Assembly: GCA_016937715.1 (NCBI GenBank)
Contig: JAFGWA010000005.1
Coordinates: 5,040-69,039, forward strand
Direction of reading: 5' to 3'
Source of the DNA: Candidatus Goldiibacteriota bacterium
Lineage (GTDB): Bacteria; Oederibacteriota; PGYV01
Length of the DNA stretch: 64,000 nt
This document shows positions 1-9,365 of this stretch, in pieces; position 1 is the stretch's first letter; each line of letters starts with the position of its first letter. The position numbers and the translations under genes are program-made. The notes under the pieces are model-generated. The model had not been told where the DNA came from. It worked only from the letters and a program-made list of their open reading frames with translations, and searched no databases.

Positions 1-46
1 GCTATCCCGCAGGAAAATAAAACAATAAGCGCCAAAAACGGCCTGT

Positions 47-373
47 TCATTGGATTGTAACAAACCTTTTAATCTTTCTATATTTCTTACTTCCAATACC
101 CTTTACTTTCTGCAGTTCTTCAGGCGACTTAAAACCGCCGTTTTCCTGCCTGTACCTGATAATTTTATCCGCGTATGAAGGTCCTATTCCCGGAAGTTTA
201 ATCAGTTCTTCCGCAGGCGCCTGATTAATATTTATAAGCATTTGTTTCGTGGAAGATTGCGGCTGAATACTTGTGGTTTTTGGATTGATAAAAGCAAGAA
301 TAAGAATTCCCGCTATAGCCCCTGTAAGAATAGTAAAAATGACAGACTTCTCTTCTGTAGTGAATGTTCCCAT
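47..373 (-). CDS. comEA: ComEA-family competence protein: N-terminal TM helix plus helix-hairpin-helix DNA-binding domain
   Basis: Translation has an N-terminal hydrophobic helix and the HhH motif LPGIGPSYADKII...KGIGSKK typical of ComEA. Confidence 0.75.
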   Translation of the reverse strand: MGTFTTEEKSVIFTILTGAIAGILILAFINPKTTSIQPQSSTKQMLININQAPAEELIKLPGIGPSYADKIIRYRQENGGFKSPEELQKVKGIGSKKYRKIKRFVTIQ

Positions 374-590
374 CTCTGGCCCCTCTGTTTTCCGGTTACC
401 CGTTTGTATATTGAATCAGTATTTTATCCCATAGACATCTATCCCATATCCCATAAATAAACCTAAAATCTAAACAACGCACCTTAAAAGGTGCGGCTAC
501 CAATACAAAATATAGCACTTTATCAGATTAAGCAATTAAGCTATAGCTTAAACCGCCGCTTTCCTTCCGTCCCTCCGTGCATCCGTCCCT

Positions 591-1166
591 CTATCCTTCC
601 GTCTTTAAATCCTTAAACCTTCCCGCGGATTTTTCGTAGCCAAGCGACGCGAAGTTATGTACAAAATCCTGCAGGTTATCAAACTTCTTTTCAAACTCTT
701 TTTTCTCATCATCCGTAAAAGGCCCAAGCACATAATCCACAACCATACTCTTTCTTTCCGGCCTTCCCACGCCAAACCTTATCCTGGGATATTTGTCCGT
801 GCCAAGATTTTCGGTTATTGACTTTATGCCGTTATGCCCGCCGTCTCCGCCGCCGTTTTTAAGTTTTACCGTAAAAAGAGGAAGGTCCATATCGTCGTGG
901 CATATAAGAATGTCTTCAGGAGAGATTTTGTGTTTTTCCGCGAAAAATTTTACCGCTTCGCCGGACAGGTTCATGTATGTCAAAGGTTTGATAAATAAAA
1001 CAGAAACGCCGCGGATGCTTTTTGTCGCATACGCGGCGTACTTGTTTTTCTCTGTAAACGAAAATCCCAGCTTTGACGCCAGAAAATCCGCGAACATGAA
1101 GCCCACATTGTGCCTTGTGCCTTTGTACTCTGTTCCCTTGTTTCCCAGGCCGGCTATAAGCTTCAT
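591..1166 (-). CDS. pth: peptidyl-tRNA hydrolase
   Basis: MKLIAGLGNKGTEYKGTRHNVGF... is the conserved Pth N-terminus; 191 aa; conserved pth-ctc-prs-glmU neighbourhood. Confidence 0.9.
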   Translation of the reverse strand: MKLIAGLGNKGTEYKGTRHNVGFMFADFLASKLGFSFTEKNKYAAYATKSIRGVSVLFIKPLTYMNLSGEAVKFFAEKHKISPEDILICHDDMDLPLFTVKLKNGGGDGGHNGIKSITENLGTDKYPRIRFGVGRPERKSMVVDYVLGPFTDDEKKEFEKKFDNLQDFVHNFASLGYEKSAGRFKDLKTEG

Positions 1167-1177
1167 GGCTTATATTG

Positions 1178-1909
1178 TTATTTTTTCTTAGCTGCAGGTG
1201 CCGCTTTCGCCGCAGGCGCCGCTTTTGCTCCCGCTTTTCCCGCTGCAGGCGCCGCTTCTTCAGCTTTTGGCGCGCCTTTAATAACTTCAGGTTCTTTACC
1301 CGCTTCAGCCGCAGGCGCACCTTCCGCTCCCGGTACTGCCGCAGCTTCCACCTTGATTCCCTTAACAATTACAACAGGGAATTTTGGGTTATCCATTATT
1401 TCCACGCCTTCTTTTAACTTAATATCCGAAACTTTAATTTCGTCATTAATCATAAGCGCGGAAACGTCAAGGTCTATCCTGCTTGGAAGGTCTTTAGGGA
1501 AACATTTTACGTTAATGTGCCTTGCAATGTGTTCCAGAACTCCGCCGGCTTTAACGCCTTCCGCAAGCCCTGTTGTAAACACAGGCACATCAAACCTGCC
1601 TTTTTTATTGTCAGTTACAGCATGCAGGTCAGCATGAATAATTTCATCCGTGACAGGGTGCCTTGAAACTTCTTTAATAATTACTGTCTTTTCTTCTTTT
1701 TTGTCGTGGTCGGTAAGTTTCAGGGTGATAAGAATAGTCCCTTCCTGAAGCGTCTTAACGGTTTTTTCGATATCCTTAATCCTTATCTCTATCGGCATGG
1801 TCTTTGTTTCCTTGCCGTAGATTACAGCCGGAATCTTTCCTTCTTTTTTCAGTTTCTTTACTGACGCATTTTCCTGTCTTACTTCCGCCTCTATTGTTAC
1901 TTTTTCCAT
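1178..1909 (-). CDS. rplY: 50S ribosomal protein L25 / general stress protein Ctc, with a long Ala/Lys/Pro-rich C-terminal tail
   Basis: The N-terminus resembles L25/Ctc (...KKEGKIPAVIYGK...); 12 nt upstream of pth in the canonical gene order; the C-terminal tail is AKP-rich low complexity. Confidence 0.8.
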   Translation of the reverse strand: MEKVTIEAEVRQENASVKKLKKEGKIPAVIYGKETKTMPIEIRIKDIEKTVKTLQEGTILITLKLTDHDKKEEKTVIIKEVSRHPVTDEIIHADLHAVTDNKKGRFDVPVFTTGLAEGVKAGGVLEHIARHINVKCFPKDLPSRIDLDVSALMINDEIKVSDIKLKEGVEIMDNPKFPVVIVKGIKVEAAAVPGAEGAPAAEAGKEPEVIKGAPKAEEAAPAAGKAGAKAAPAAKAAPAAKKK

Positions 1910-1957
1910 TTTAAAACTCCTCCTATCGGAATGTTACGCTGTATTCAAGGTTATGTA

Positions 1958-2953
1958 TTACCTGAACAGCTCACTTATGGTCTGCTCGTCGTGTATCCGC
2001 TTTATGGCTTCGCCGAATAACTTTCCGACTGACAGTACCTTTATTTTTTTCACTTTTTCGCGTTCTGCCTGGGGAATGGTATTTGATACCACCACTTCCA
2101 GTATCTCTGAATCATTTATTTTTTCAACTGCCTGACCGGAAAATATCCCGTGCGTCATGCACGCGTATATTTTTTTAGCGCCTTTTGCCTTTAAAAACTT
2201 TGCAGCCTGCACAAGCGTGCCGCCCGTGGCAATCATGTCGTCCGGTATAATTACATTCTTTCCTTTTACATCGCCTATTATGTGCATGGCCTCCACTGAT
2301 TCAGGCCCGCTTCTCTTTTTATCAACAATAGCTATCGGGGTATTTAATTTATCGGCAAAGTACCAGGCGCGTTTTACGCCGCCGATATCTGACGCTGCCA
2401 CGACAAAATTATCCTTTTCCACCATTTTTCTGAAATAATCTATAAAGACCGGAGCCGCTAAAAGGTGGTCCACCGGTATGTCAAAAAATCCCTGTATCTG
2501 GTCGGCGTGCAGATCCATTGTCAGTATTCTGTCAGCGCCGGCTACTGTAAGTACATTTGCCACAAGTTTTGCCGTGATAGGCACCCTGGGCTGGTCTTTT
2601 CTGTCCTGCCTGGCATAACCGTAATAAGGCAGTACCGCTGTTATCCTTCCCGCGGAAGCGCGCTTTAAAGCGTCCATCATTACCAAAAGTTCCATTAAAT
2701 TATCATTTGTGGGCATGCAGGTGGACTGAATTACAAATACATCCGCGCCGCGCACGTTATCGTTTATTTTTACCCTTATCTCGCCTTCAGGAAACCTTCC
2801 AACAAACGCGTCCGCAAGTTCAACGCCCGCGTTTTTAACTATTTCTTTTGAAAGATTAAGGTTGCTTGTGCCCGAAAATACAAGCAGCCTGTCTGTCCTG
2901 TGCCCTTTTTTAGCTTTTTTCATAATTATTTCTTTCTCCTCTTTTTTACCCAT
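1958..2953 (-). CDS. prs: ribose-phosphate pyrophosphokinase (PRPP synthetase)
   Basis: LVFSGTSNLNLSKEIV, the PRPP-binding loop DLHADQIQGFFDIPVDHL and the synteny. The annotated start overlaps the glmU stop; the true start is probably the internal Met near 2923. Confidence 0.9.
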   Translation of the reverse strand: MGKKEEKEIIMKKAKKGHRTDRLLVFSGTSNLNLSKEIVKNAGVELADAFVGRFPEGEIRVKINDNVRGADVFVIQSTCMPTNDNLMELLVMMDALKRASAGRITAVLPYYGYARQDRKDQPRVPITAKLVANVLTVAGADRILTMDLHADQIQGFFDIPVDHLLAAPVFIDYFRKMVEKDNFVVAASDIGGVKRAWYFADKLNTPIAIVDKKRSGPESVEAMHIIGDVKGKNVIIPDDMIATGGTLVQAAKFLKAKGAKKIYACMTHGIFSGQAVEKINDSEILEVVVSNTIPQAEREKVKKIKVLSVGKLFGEAIKRIHDEQTISELFR

Positions 2954-4401
2954 CCTGTTTTTGTTTCCTGCCTGGGCCTTGCAATTGCCAAAGAATCATC
3001 CGGCACGTTATCCGTTATTACGGAACCCGCGCCAATTACCGAATTTTTTCCTATTTTAACCGGCGCCACAAAAACCGAATTGCTTCCGACATACGCGCCG
3101 TCACCTATGACTGTTTTGTTCTTTTTTACGCCGTCATAATTTGCGGTAATGGTGCCCGCGCCTATGTTGACGTTACTGCCAATTTCCGAATCGCCGATGT
3201 AGCTTAAATGCGCGACGTTGGTATTATTGCCTACAGTGGAATTTTTTACTTCCACATAATTTCCTATCTTGCAGTTATTTCCGATTACAGCGCCCTGCCT
3301 TAAATGCGCCGAAGGCCCTATACTGCAGTTTTTTCCAATTTTTACCCCTGACTTAATTACCGTAAAAGGGTGAATAACAGTTTCATTACCTATTTCAACG
3401 CCTTCTTCAATGTAAACCGTGTCAAAATCAACAATAGTTATACCATTTTCAGAAAGCTTTTCAAGAACTTTTTTATTTCTAATCTTTGCCGCCTCCGCAA
3501 GTTGAGCCCTGCTGTTCACGCCCGCAAGCTCCCTGTAAGGTACATCCACGGGAATAAGCGGCCTGCCTTCAGCGTACATTAAAGCCGCTATATCCGTCAG
3601 GTAATATTCGCCTTTTGCCTTATTTACCTTTATTTTTTCAAGGTTTCTTTCAAGGCTGTCTTTCCTTATTATATATATGCCGCCGTTTATAACTTTAATT
3701 GTCTTTTCGCGGTCATCGGCGTCTTTATCTTCAACAATACGCATTACATAATCTTCGCTGTTTCTTACAATCCTGCCGTAACCGGCCGGATTTTCGGCAA
3801 AAGAGACACCAATTATACCACCGTCACTTTTCTTTGTAAACATTTTAATTAAATAACTGACTGTATCAGCCGTTATAAGCGGCGTATCCCCGCTTAATAT
3901 CATTACCCCGTCTTTTAAGGGAATTTTCGCCTTAATCACCGAATTCACGGCGTCTGCCGTTCCAAGCTGTTCTTTCTGCAGTACAAATCTTATATTTTTT
4001 CCGTTATACCGCGCTGCGGCAAAACTTTTAAGCTGCTGCATATTGGCGCCGGCTACAACGGTGATATCAGAAACCCGCGCTTCAAGGCACGCGTCAATAA
4101 CGTGCGCCAGCATTGGTTTTCCGCTTACTTCATGCAGGACCTTTGTTTTGTCCGATTTCATCCTTGTGCCTTTTCCGGCGGCAAGAATTACGGCGGAAAT
4201 TCCGTTGACGGGTTTAATTATTTTTTCTGTTTTTAAAGCCTCAACACCGTCAGAACTTTCAGCGCGCTCTTTGCCCGAAAAAAACGCGACATCTATCTCC
4301 ATTTCTTTGCCTTTCAGGTTTTTGCCCACTTTGTACTTTTCGTTATTCCGCTTGTTTTTCATTCTGTTATTTACCGCACGATCCGTCTTTTGAATGTTCA
4401 C
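2926..4401 (-). CDS. glmU: bifunctional UDP-N-acetylglucosamine pyrophosphorylase / glucosamine-1-phosphate N-acetyltransferase
   Basis: AVILAAGKGTRMKS nucleotidyltransferase motif plus left-handed beta-helix hexapeptide repeats in the C-terminal half. The 5' end is a GTG start at 4401 that overlaps the upstream ORF; the real start may be Met at about 4302. Confidence 0.88.
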   Translation of the reverse strand: MNIQKTDRAVNNRMKNKRNNEKYKVGKNLKGKEMEIDVAFFSGKERAESSDGVEALKTEKIIKPVNGISAVILAAGKGTRMKSDKTKVLHEVSGKPMLAHVIDACLEARVSDITVVAGANMQQLKSFAAARYNGKNIRFVLQKEQLGTADAVNSVIKAKIPLKDGVMILSGDTPLITADTVSYLIKMFTKKSDGGIIGVSFAENPAGYGRIVRNSEDYVMRIVEDKDADDREKTIKVINGGIYIIRKDSLERNLEKIKVNKAKGEYYLTDIAALMYAEGRPLIPVDVPYRELAGVNSRAQLAEAAKIRNKKVLEKLSENGITIVDFDTVYIEEGVEIGNETVIHPFTVIKSGVKIGKNCSIGPSAHLRQGAVIGNNCKIGNYVEVKNSTVGNNTNVAHLSYIGDSEIGSNVNIGAGTITANYDGVKKNKTVIGDGAYVGSNSVFVAPVKIGKNSVIGAGSVITDNVPDDSLAIARPRQETKTGWVKKRRKK

Positions 4402-4627
4402 AGGCAGAGCAGGATTCTTTGTTTCCTTCTTTTATGTTGTTTTCCTTCCTTTTATAATCGGTCTCATAAAAACCGCTGCCTTTAAAGATTATTCCGCTTC
4501 CGCGGCTTACAAGCCTTTTTATATTGCTGCCGCCGCAATTGGGGCACTTTTCAAAAGCATCATCTTTAATTGACTGTTTGTACTCAAATACACCGCATTT
4601 TTCGCATTGGTAATCATAAGTGGGCAT
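4367..4627 (-). CDS. FmdB-family zinc-ribbon protein
   Basis: MPTYDYQCEKCG...KCPNCGG is the FmdB/CxxC-X-CxxC zinc-ribbon signature; strong RBS GGAGGAAAAAAAGATG. Confidence 0.6.
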   Translation of the reverse strand: MPTYDYQCEKCGVFEYKQSIKDDAFEKCPNCGGSNIKRLVSRGSGIIFKGSGFYETDYKRKENNIKEGNKESCSACEHSKDGSCGK

Positions 4628-4828
4628 CTTTTTTTCCTCCGCTACCTGAATCTTTTATGTTCAAAATCCGCGCATTTTTTGGAATTGGGGCGTTCCGGAT
4701 GCGCGCATGTGGAAGGGTGGTTAAGCCTGCATACGTCGCACAGAAAACCGTTGTCAATTTTTATTAACAGTTTTAAAAACGCGTTCTTAAGCTTTTTTAA
4801 CATTTATCCGCCTTATCTCTTTTGAAGG

Positions 4829-4856
4829 ATTATATTACATACCGCCCAAAAGTCAA
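4829..4856 (-). promoter_or_regulatory. sigma70-type promoter (TTGACT-16-TATAAT) about 200 nt upstream of the fmdB-glmU-prs-rplY-pth gene string
   Basis: On the minus strand the -35 is 4851-4856 and the -10 is 4829-4834. Confidence 0.45.
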
Positions 4857-4874
4857 GAGAACCATAAATAAAAC

Positions 4875-5954
4875 CTATTTTTTCAGTTTTTCGTTTATCT
4901 GTTTTACCAGTTCTTCCGCCATCTTTTTGTTGGCTTTTGCATTTGGATGCCAGTCACAACCCATCAGTTCCTGGGGTACGGGAGATAATGACACAAAATG
5001 CGTTTTATTATCCTTGAAACGTTTTATAATGCTATTTAAATATTCCGGCAGCGGGGCTCCCATTATCGGGCCTGATACGCAGAATATATCCGCCTGCGGA
5101 TAATAACCGCGCACTGTGTTTAAAATTGAAAGGTACCCTTTTTCAAAAAGCTCCCTGTCCGGTTTAGGTTCCGTGGATAAGTCATTTGTGCCAAGGTTAA
5201 TTACCACTATTTCCGGTATCCACGATTTAAAATCCCATTCCAAGGAATCTATATTCATTAAAGTTTTTTTGTAATAATAACCAACGGGCTTATCCGCCGG
5301 AATCTTTGATTCGCCGTAATTTTTTACCACGCCGCGCCCGGAAATGGCAATCATATGCGCCTGGGCGCCCAGGACGCGCGAAGTAATGGAGGCAAAAGAC
5401 AGAAAATTATTCTTATATTTTTTCTCGCTGCCTTCTTCACAGGTAACCGAAGGCCCTTCTATACCGTAACCCACTGTAAGCGAATCGCCTATAAACTCTA
5501 TCTTCTTTGCGGGCTTCACCGGAGGCGGCAATACCTTTGCTTTCTTATCAAGTATGAAACCCTTAAAAACACCTATGCCGTCGTATGCTTCCGTCCTTTT
5601 GGTGATAATTACCGAATGCGCGCCGCGTTTTAGCTTTTTTGCTATGACATACTTTTTTATTTTAGCATCCGCCACAAGCACCGGCATGCGCGTGCCGTCA
5701 ATAAATACATTGTAATGGTTTGCCCCGTCTTCAAGCATTACAGCGCAGTATGTGCCTTCAAAATTAAACGCTATTTCAATGCCGGGCCAGTCAAATTTTG
5801 GCGCGTTTTTATCCGTAAAATCAATACGCCCGATATATGATATACCCGGATCAGACGGCAGCACCGTTTTTACGCCGTTTTTAAAACCGTAAAAAATACC
5901 GCCCGCAAAAGCAGCGGCGCCGATTACCAGAAGAAGCAGTATTTTTTCCATCAT
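4875..5954 (-). CDS. SGNH/GDSL-family hydrolase (esterase) with an N-terminal signal/TM segment and a beta-sandwich domain
   Basis: GDS(L) block IEFIGDSLTVGYG and the late block VINLGTNDL with the DxxH region; N-terminal hydrophobic segment. Confidence 0.65.
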   Translation of the reverse strand: MMEKILLLLVIGAAAFAGGIFYGFKNGVKTVLPSDPGISYIGRIDFTDKNAPKFDWPGIEIAFNFEGTYCAVMLEDGANHYNVFIDGTRMPVLVADAKIKKYVIAKKLKRGAHSVIITKRTEAYDGIGVFKGFILDKKAKVLPPPVKPAKKIEFIGDSLTVGYGIEGPSVTCEEGSEKKYKNNFLSFASITSRVLGAQAHMIAISGRGVVKNYGESKIPADKPVGYYYKKTLMNIDSLEWDFKSWIPEIVVINLGTNDLSTEPKPDRELFEKGYLSILNTVRGYYPQADIFCVSGPIMGAPLPEYLNSIIKRFKDNKTHFVSLSPVPQELMGCDWHPNAKANKKMAEELVKQINEKLKK

Positions 5955-6700
5955 TATCCCCTTTTCTGTTTCTTTTCTTTTTTCTCCGCGTGAAGTTTTT
6001 CCGCGTACACTTCTATCAGTTTATGCACAACGCTTTTGCCAAGGTATTTTTCCAGCTGCTCGGCAAGCGAAAACGCCGCCACCACATCCATTTTCCCGGA
6101 AACGCATCCAAGCGCGCAGGTCTGCTGCGAAAGGTAATACCCGTTATGCCCGCAAATGGTGGTTACAAATATTTTTTTATCTACTTTTATGGTTTCAAGC
6201 GGCCACGAATAGCACACCGCCGGCTTGTATTTGGCGCGGTTAAGCCCTTTTTCTATGCATATTAAATCTATAAGGCAAAGCAGCGCTTTTCCTTTAATAA
6301 CTGACAGCATACAGCTGCCGTCTTTTCTGTGATTAAGGTATATGCCGCTTTTATCCTTTTTAAAGACTTTTTCTTTCAGCACCCACGGATATTTTTCCGC
6401 GAATTTTTCTTTATTGTCTTTTATAAACTTTTCAAGCTTTTTTCTCTCTTTTGGCTCTATATCCACCGTGTAATCGGTACAGCAGGACCCATGGTATTTT
6501 TTACCTTTAAGTTTAAGGCACTTGGAAGAGTCACATTCGTACGTGGTGTGAAACAGGCTGTAAGTGTCAAAAATATAATTGTCAAATTCCACCAGCCCGC
6601 CGTTTTTTCTAAGAATGCTTATGTACTGTTTCAGTTTCGCCTTGTTGTTGGGTATGTGAATAATTGTTTTCATATAACCGCCGTTTTTATTATTTAACAA
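5954..6700 (-). CDS. cysteine-rich hypothetical protein (possibly DUF3109-like)
   Basis: Twelve or more Cys, including GSCCTDY, ICGHNG and CALGC; no family assigned with confidence. Confidence 0.45.
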   Translation of the reverse strand: MLNNKNGGYMKTIIHIPNNKAKLKQYISILRKNGGLVEFDNYIFDTYSLFHTTYECDSSKCLKLKGKKYHGSCCTDYTVDIEPKERKKLEKFIKDNKEKFAEKYPWVLKEKVFKKDKSGIYLNHRKDGSCMLSVIKGKALLCLIDLICIEKGLNRAKYKPAVCYSWPLETIKVDKKIFVTTICGHNGYYLSQQTCALGCVSGKMDVVAAFSLAEQLEKYLGKSVVHKLIEVYAEKLHAEKKEKKQKRG

Positions 6701-6722
6701 ATTAAAACAAGCATATTATAAC

Positions 6723-6767
6723 AAAAAAACGGGCGGCGCGCACTAAAAGCGCACCGCCCGTTTTTAT
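6723..6767. terminator. bidirectional intrinsic terminator: GC hairpin flanked by an A-run and a T-run
   Basis: aaaaaaacGGGCGGCGCGCactaaaaGCGCACCGCCCgtttttat lies between two convergent/adjacent minus-strand genes. Confidence 0.6.
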
Positions 6768-6779
6768 AAAAATTTAGTA

Positions 6780-6974
6780 TTAATCAAAAAGCATTTTTTT
6801 CTTCGTAAGCAGAAGTATAAGGTCAATTAATGTTCCTGTACCCGCAAACCCTACCGTAAAAAACCAGATAAGCCCGGAAACTATCTTTCCATTATAAAAC
6901 CTGTGCAGTCCCGCAAGCCCGAAAAACCCCGCACAACAAAGCAAGATGGTAATTGTTTTTTTGTCTGCCGCCAT
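6780..6974 (-). CDS. TM2-domain small membrane protein
   Basis: [12 protein letters not shown] motif and two TM helices, characteristic of the TM2 / NINE family. Confidence 0.6.
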   Translation of the reverse strand: MAADKKTITILLCCAGFFGLAGLHRFYNGKIVSGLIWFFTVGFAGTGTLIDLILLLTKKKMLFD

Positions 6975-7007
6975 TTATACGCCTCCTGATTTTTTTTTAT
7001 TGATTTA

Positions 7008-7397
7008 TTATAGCACCTGTTTATTGATTTTCAACCCTGTTAATTTACTGACAGCACCGCTGTCCGCGGGCGCAAAATCATACTTCATCAGGCTGCGGAT
7101 TTCCGCCCACTTATACTCTTCATGAACATTAAGCTTTATATCCCCTGCCGTTATTTCGCATAAATAAGAGGTTAACTCTATTGATTCGGATTTTGTTATT
7201 TCAAATTTTTTTCCCACTTTTATATCAAGGTCAAGTTCTTCTTTTATCTCGCGTTTAAGGCAGGCTTTAAGGGATTCGCCTTTTTCCGTCTTGCCGCCGG
7301 GAAATTCCCACTTTAACCCGTGGCTGTCGCCTTTGGCGCGTTTTGCTATAAGTACTTTCTTTCCTTTAATAATTACCGCCGCGGCCACCTTTATCAT
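7008..7397 (-). CDS. NUDIX hydrolase (MutT-like)
   Basis: Nudix box GGKTEKGESLKACLKREIKEELDL. Confidence 0.8.
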   Translation of the reverse strand: MIKVAAAVIIKGKKVLIAKRAKGDSHGLKWEFPGGKTEKGESLKACLKREIKEELDLDIKVGKKFEITKSESIELTSYLCEITAGDIKLNVHEEYKWAEIRSLMKYDFAPADSGAVSKLTGLKINKQVL

Positions 7398-8065
7398 TTA
7401 ATAAAACCTTTATCCGCGCACTCTTTTATCAGGCTTTCCGCGTATTCCCATAATTCATCAGAGCCGTTTTTAATATGGCCGTTCAGTTCAAGAATCCGCT
7501 CTTTGCTTATTTTATGCTCTGCCCACGCGCCGCCATTATGGGCGTGGTTCTGCATTATGGGCTCCAGCCTGTCTATGGCTGCCGCGAATTTCGCTTCCGG
7601 GGTTTTCTTTTCTTCAAACTCCCGCCAAAGCGCTTTTAGTTCATCTCCCTGCGGCTGCGGCAGCATTGCGAATATCTTATCAGCGGCCGCTGTATCTTCA
7701 GCGCTTATCTCCCCCTGTTTTTTGTTGTACACCATTATGTCGCCGGCATAAATCTCCGGCAGGTCGTGCACAAGCGCCATTTTAATCACTTTATTTACAT
7801 CAATTGCGGTGTTTGAATACCCCGACAGGATGACTGCCATCATGGCAAGGTGATAGGAATGCTCCGCGTCGTTTTCATGGCGGGAATTATCAAAAATGCG
7901 GGTCTTTCTGAATATTGATTTTAGTTTGTCTATTTCTTTTATAAATTCAAGCTGTTTATGCAGTTCAAAATTTATCAAATTTTTATTCCAGAGCGGCAAG
8001 ATAATCTTTTGCTTTTTCAGCGTCATCAAATGTAACAAGATTTTTTCTGCCGGTAAAAGCCACAA
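7394..8065 (-). CDS. HD-domain phosphohydrolase (YfbR-like 5'-nucleotidase family)
   Basis: H...HD motif (AEHSYHLAMM ... LVHDLPEIYAGD). The start probably lies downstream of the annotated one because of overlap with the upstream ORF. Confidence 0.7.
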   Translation of the reverse strand: MWLLPAEKILLHLMTLKKQKIILPLWNKNLINFELHKQLEFIKEIDKLKSIFRKTRIFDNSRHENDAEHSYHLAMMAVILSGYSNTAIDVNKVIKMALVHDLPEIYAGDIMVYNKKQGEISAEDTAAADKIFAMLPQPQGDELKALWREFEEKKTPEAKFAAAIDRLEPIMQNHAHNGGAWAEHKISKERILELNGHIKNGSDELWEYAESLIKECADKGFIK

Positions 8066-8348
8066 CGCCCTTAAAGACCACTTCGGTTATGCCTTCCATG
8101 CCTATTATCGCGGATGCTTTTATATACGGTGTATTATCCTTTACAAAGTCTTTCATTGCAGCCACAGCCGCCCTGTCATATTTTGTCCTGCTTATATTTA
8201 CAAGGGCAAGCACGGAACCTTTTGGCTGGCTTGTAATTATCTTCTTTGCTTCAGCAAGAAGCCCCGGCAGCTGTGCCGGAGTGCTTTCGGAATAGTCCTC
8301 ATATAAAATTTTTTTACCTTTATGTTCGAAAAAACTTACGCCCGCCAT
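7983..8348 (-). CDS. hypothetical protein (STAS-like fold suspected)
   Basis: 121-aa ORF with normal codon usage; no firm motif. Confidence 0.4.
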   Translation of the reverse strand: MAGVSFFEHKGKKILYEDYSESTPAQLPGLLAEAKKIITSQPKGSVLALVNISRTKYDRAAVAAMKDFVKDNTPYIKASAIIGMEGITEVVFKGVVAFTGRKNLVTFDDAEKAKDYLAALE

Positions 8349-8415
8349 AGAAACCTCCTGATAATGGTTTAGTTACACCATAATAACATCAGGATTATTT
8401 GAAGGCAAACATTTT

Positions 8416-9306
8416 TCAGTTGTTTTTCCACTCATTGTACCAGCCGTTTAACAGGGGTACAAATTCAGACACAGCTTTCTGCTGCCCTGCAACGCTTGGG
8501 TGGTTGTCTGTGGAGGGATAATATAAAGTATTTTGGCTGTTAGCCACAACATGGTGTTCTGCGCTGTTTATTACCATATGGTGGTTGTCAGGGTGCGTCA
8601 GCACATTGTAATAATCATAGGCGTATACGTTACCGTGAGTGTAATTTTTAAGCCAGCCGTTTTCCCTGTCCGCAAGCCAGTTGGATATTTCCCTTGTTAA
8701 AAGCGGGTCTTCAAGCACCTGCTCCGGCGGCGGGATTATGAGGATAAAAAGTTTGTCTGTATGCAGCGCTGTATATGTAAGAATATTATTATAAATTATT
8801 TTTTCGTCGTCGATAGACCCTTCAATTTCGCTGTTAGGGTAGCACGACTTGAACATTATTATTTCATTTTCACCCGCAGGTTCGGTTATTGTGTTTGTAT
8901 AACAGGTGTTTGAGTTTTCATCATATACATACGGCATCACTTCATCCCTGAACCAATTCGGCCAGTCTTCGGTATCGGTATAGGAACCCTGGTCATAGCC
9001 CGGGTCATTCCAGTTGTAATTTGTATCGCTGACAAAGTAATTATTCGCGTTAAGCGCGGTTCCCAGCCCGCCATAAGACGATTCAAGCCAGTGTTGCCCT
9101 GTGCTGTGGTGGATAAAAATAAGCTTTACCGCGGATGACGGCGCCGCGGTGTTTAGGATTTCCGATTCACCGGAAGGATTGGTTACTGCCGCCGGATTTT
9201 TTCTGTCAGAGCATGAAAATAAAAAGAACAAGCAGAGTAAAGCCGCAACAAATTTAAATTTCATAATAACCCCCTGTTTTTTACCGCCCCCGGTAAAACA
9301 ACGCAT
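8416..9306 (-). CDS. hypothetical lipoprotein (Asn/Tyr-rich, secreted)
   Basis: Lipoprotein signal ...LCLFFLFSC; compositionally distinct from its neighbours. Confidence 0.5.
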   Translation of the reverse strand: MRCFTGGGKKQGVIMKFKFVAALLCLFFLFSCSDRKNPAAVTNPSGESEILNTAAPSSAVKLIFIHHSTGQHWLESSYGGLGTALNANNYFVSDTNYNWNDPGYDQGSYTDTEDWPNWFRDEVMPYVYDENSNTCYTNTITEPAGENEIIMFKSCYPNSEIEGSIDDEKIIYNNILTYTALHTDKLFILIIPPPEQVLEDPLLTREISNWLADRENGWLKNYTHGNVYAYDYYNVLTHPDNHHMVINSAEHHVVANSQNTLYYPSTDNHPSVAGQQKAVSEFVPLLNGWYNEWKNN

Positions 9307-9365
9307 CAGTTATGACAACACATAAAGATATTAGTTTCGTTTAAGTTTAATTTCAGCAAAAATAA

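Noticed and set aside
916-1637. ORFs 916-1368(-), 1110-1637(+) and 1175-1417(+), Arg/Ala-rich
   Set aside because: Out-of-frame or antisense products of the low-complexity GC-rich tail of rplY and pth; spurious.
2926-2953. Overlaps glmU/prs (27 nt) and fmdB/glmU (35 nt)
   Set aside because: Most likely over-extended 5' ends (a GTG start for glmU at 4401, an internal Met for prs) rather than genuine long overlaps. Kept the ORF-track coordinates and flagged the starts.
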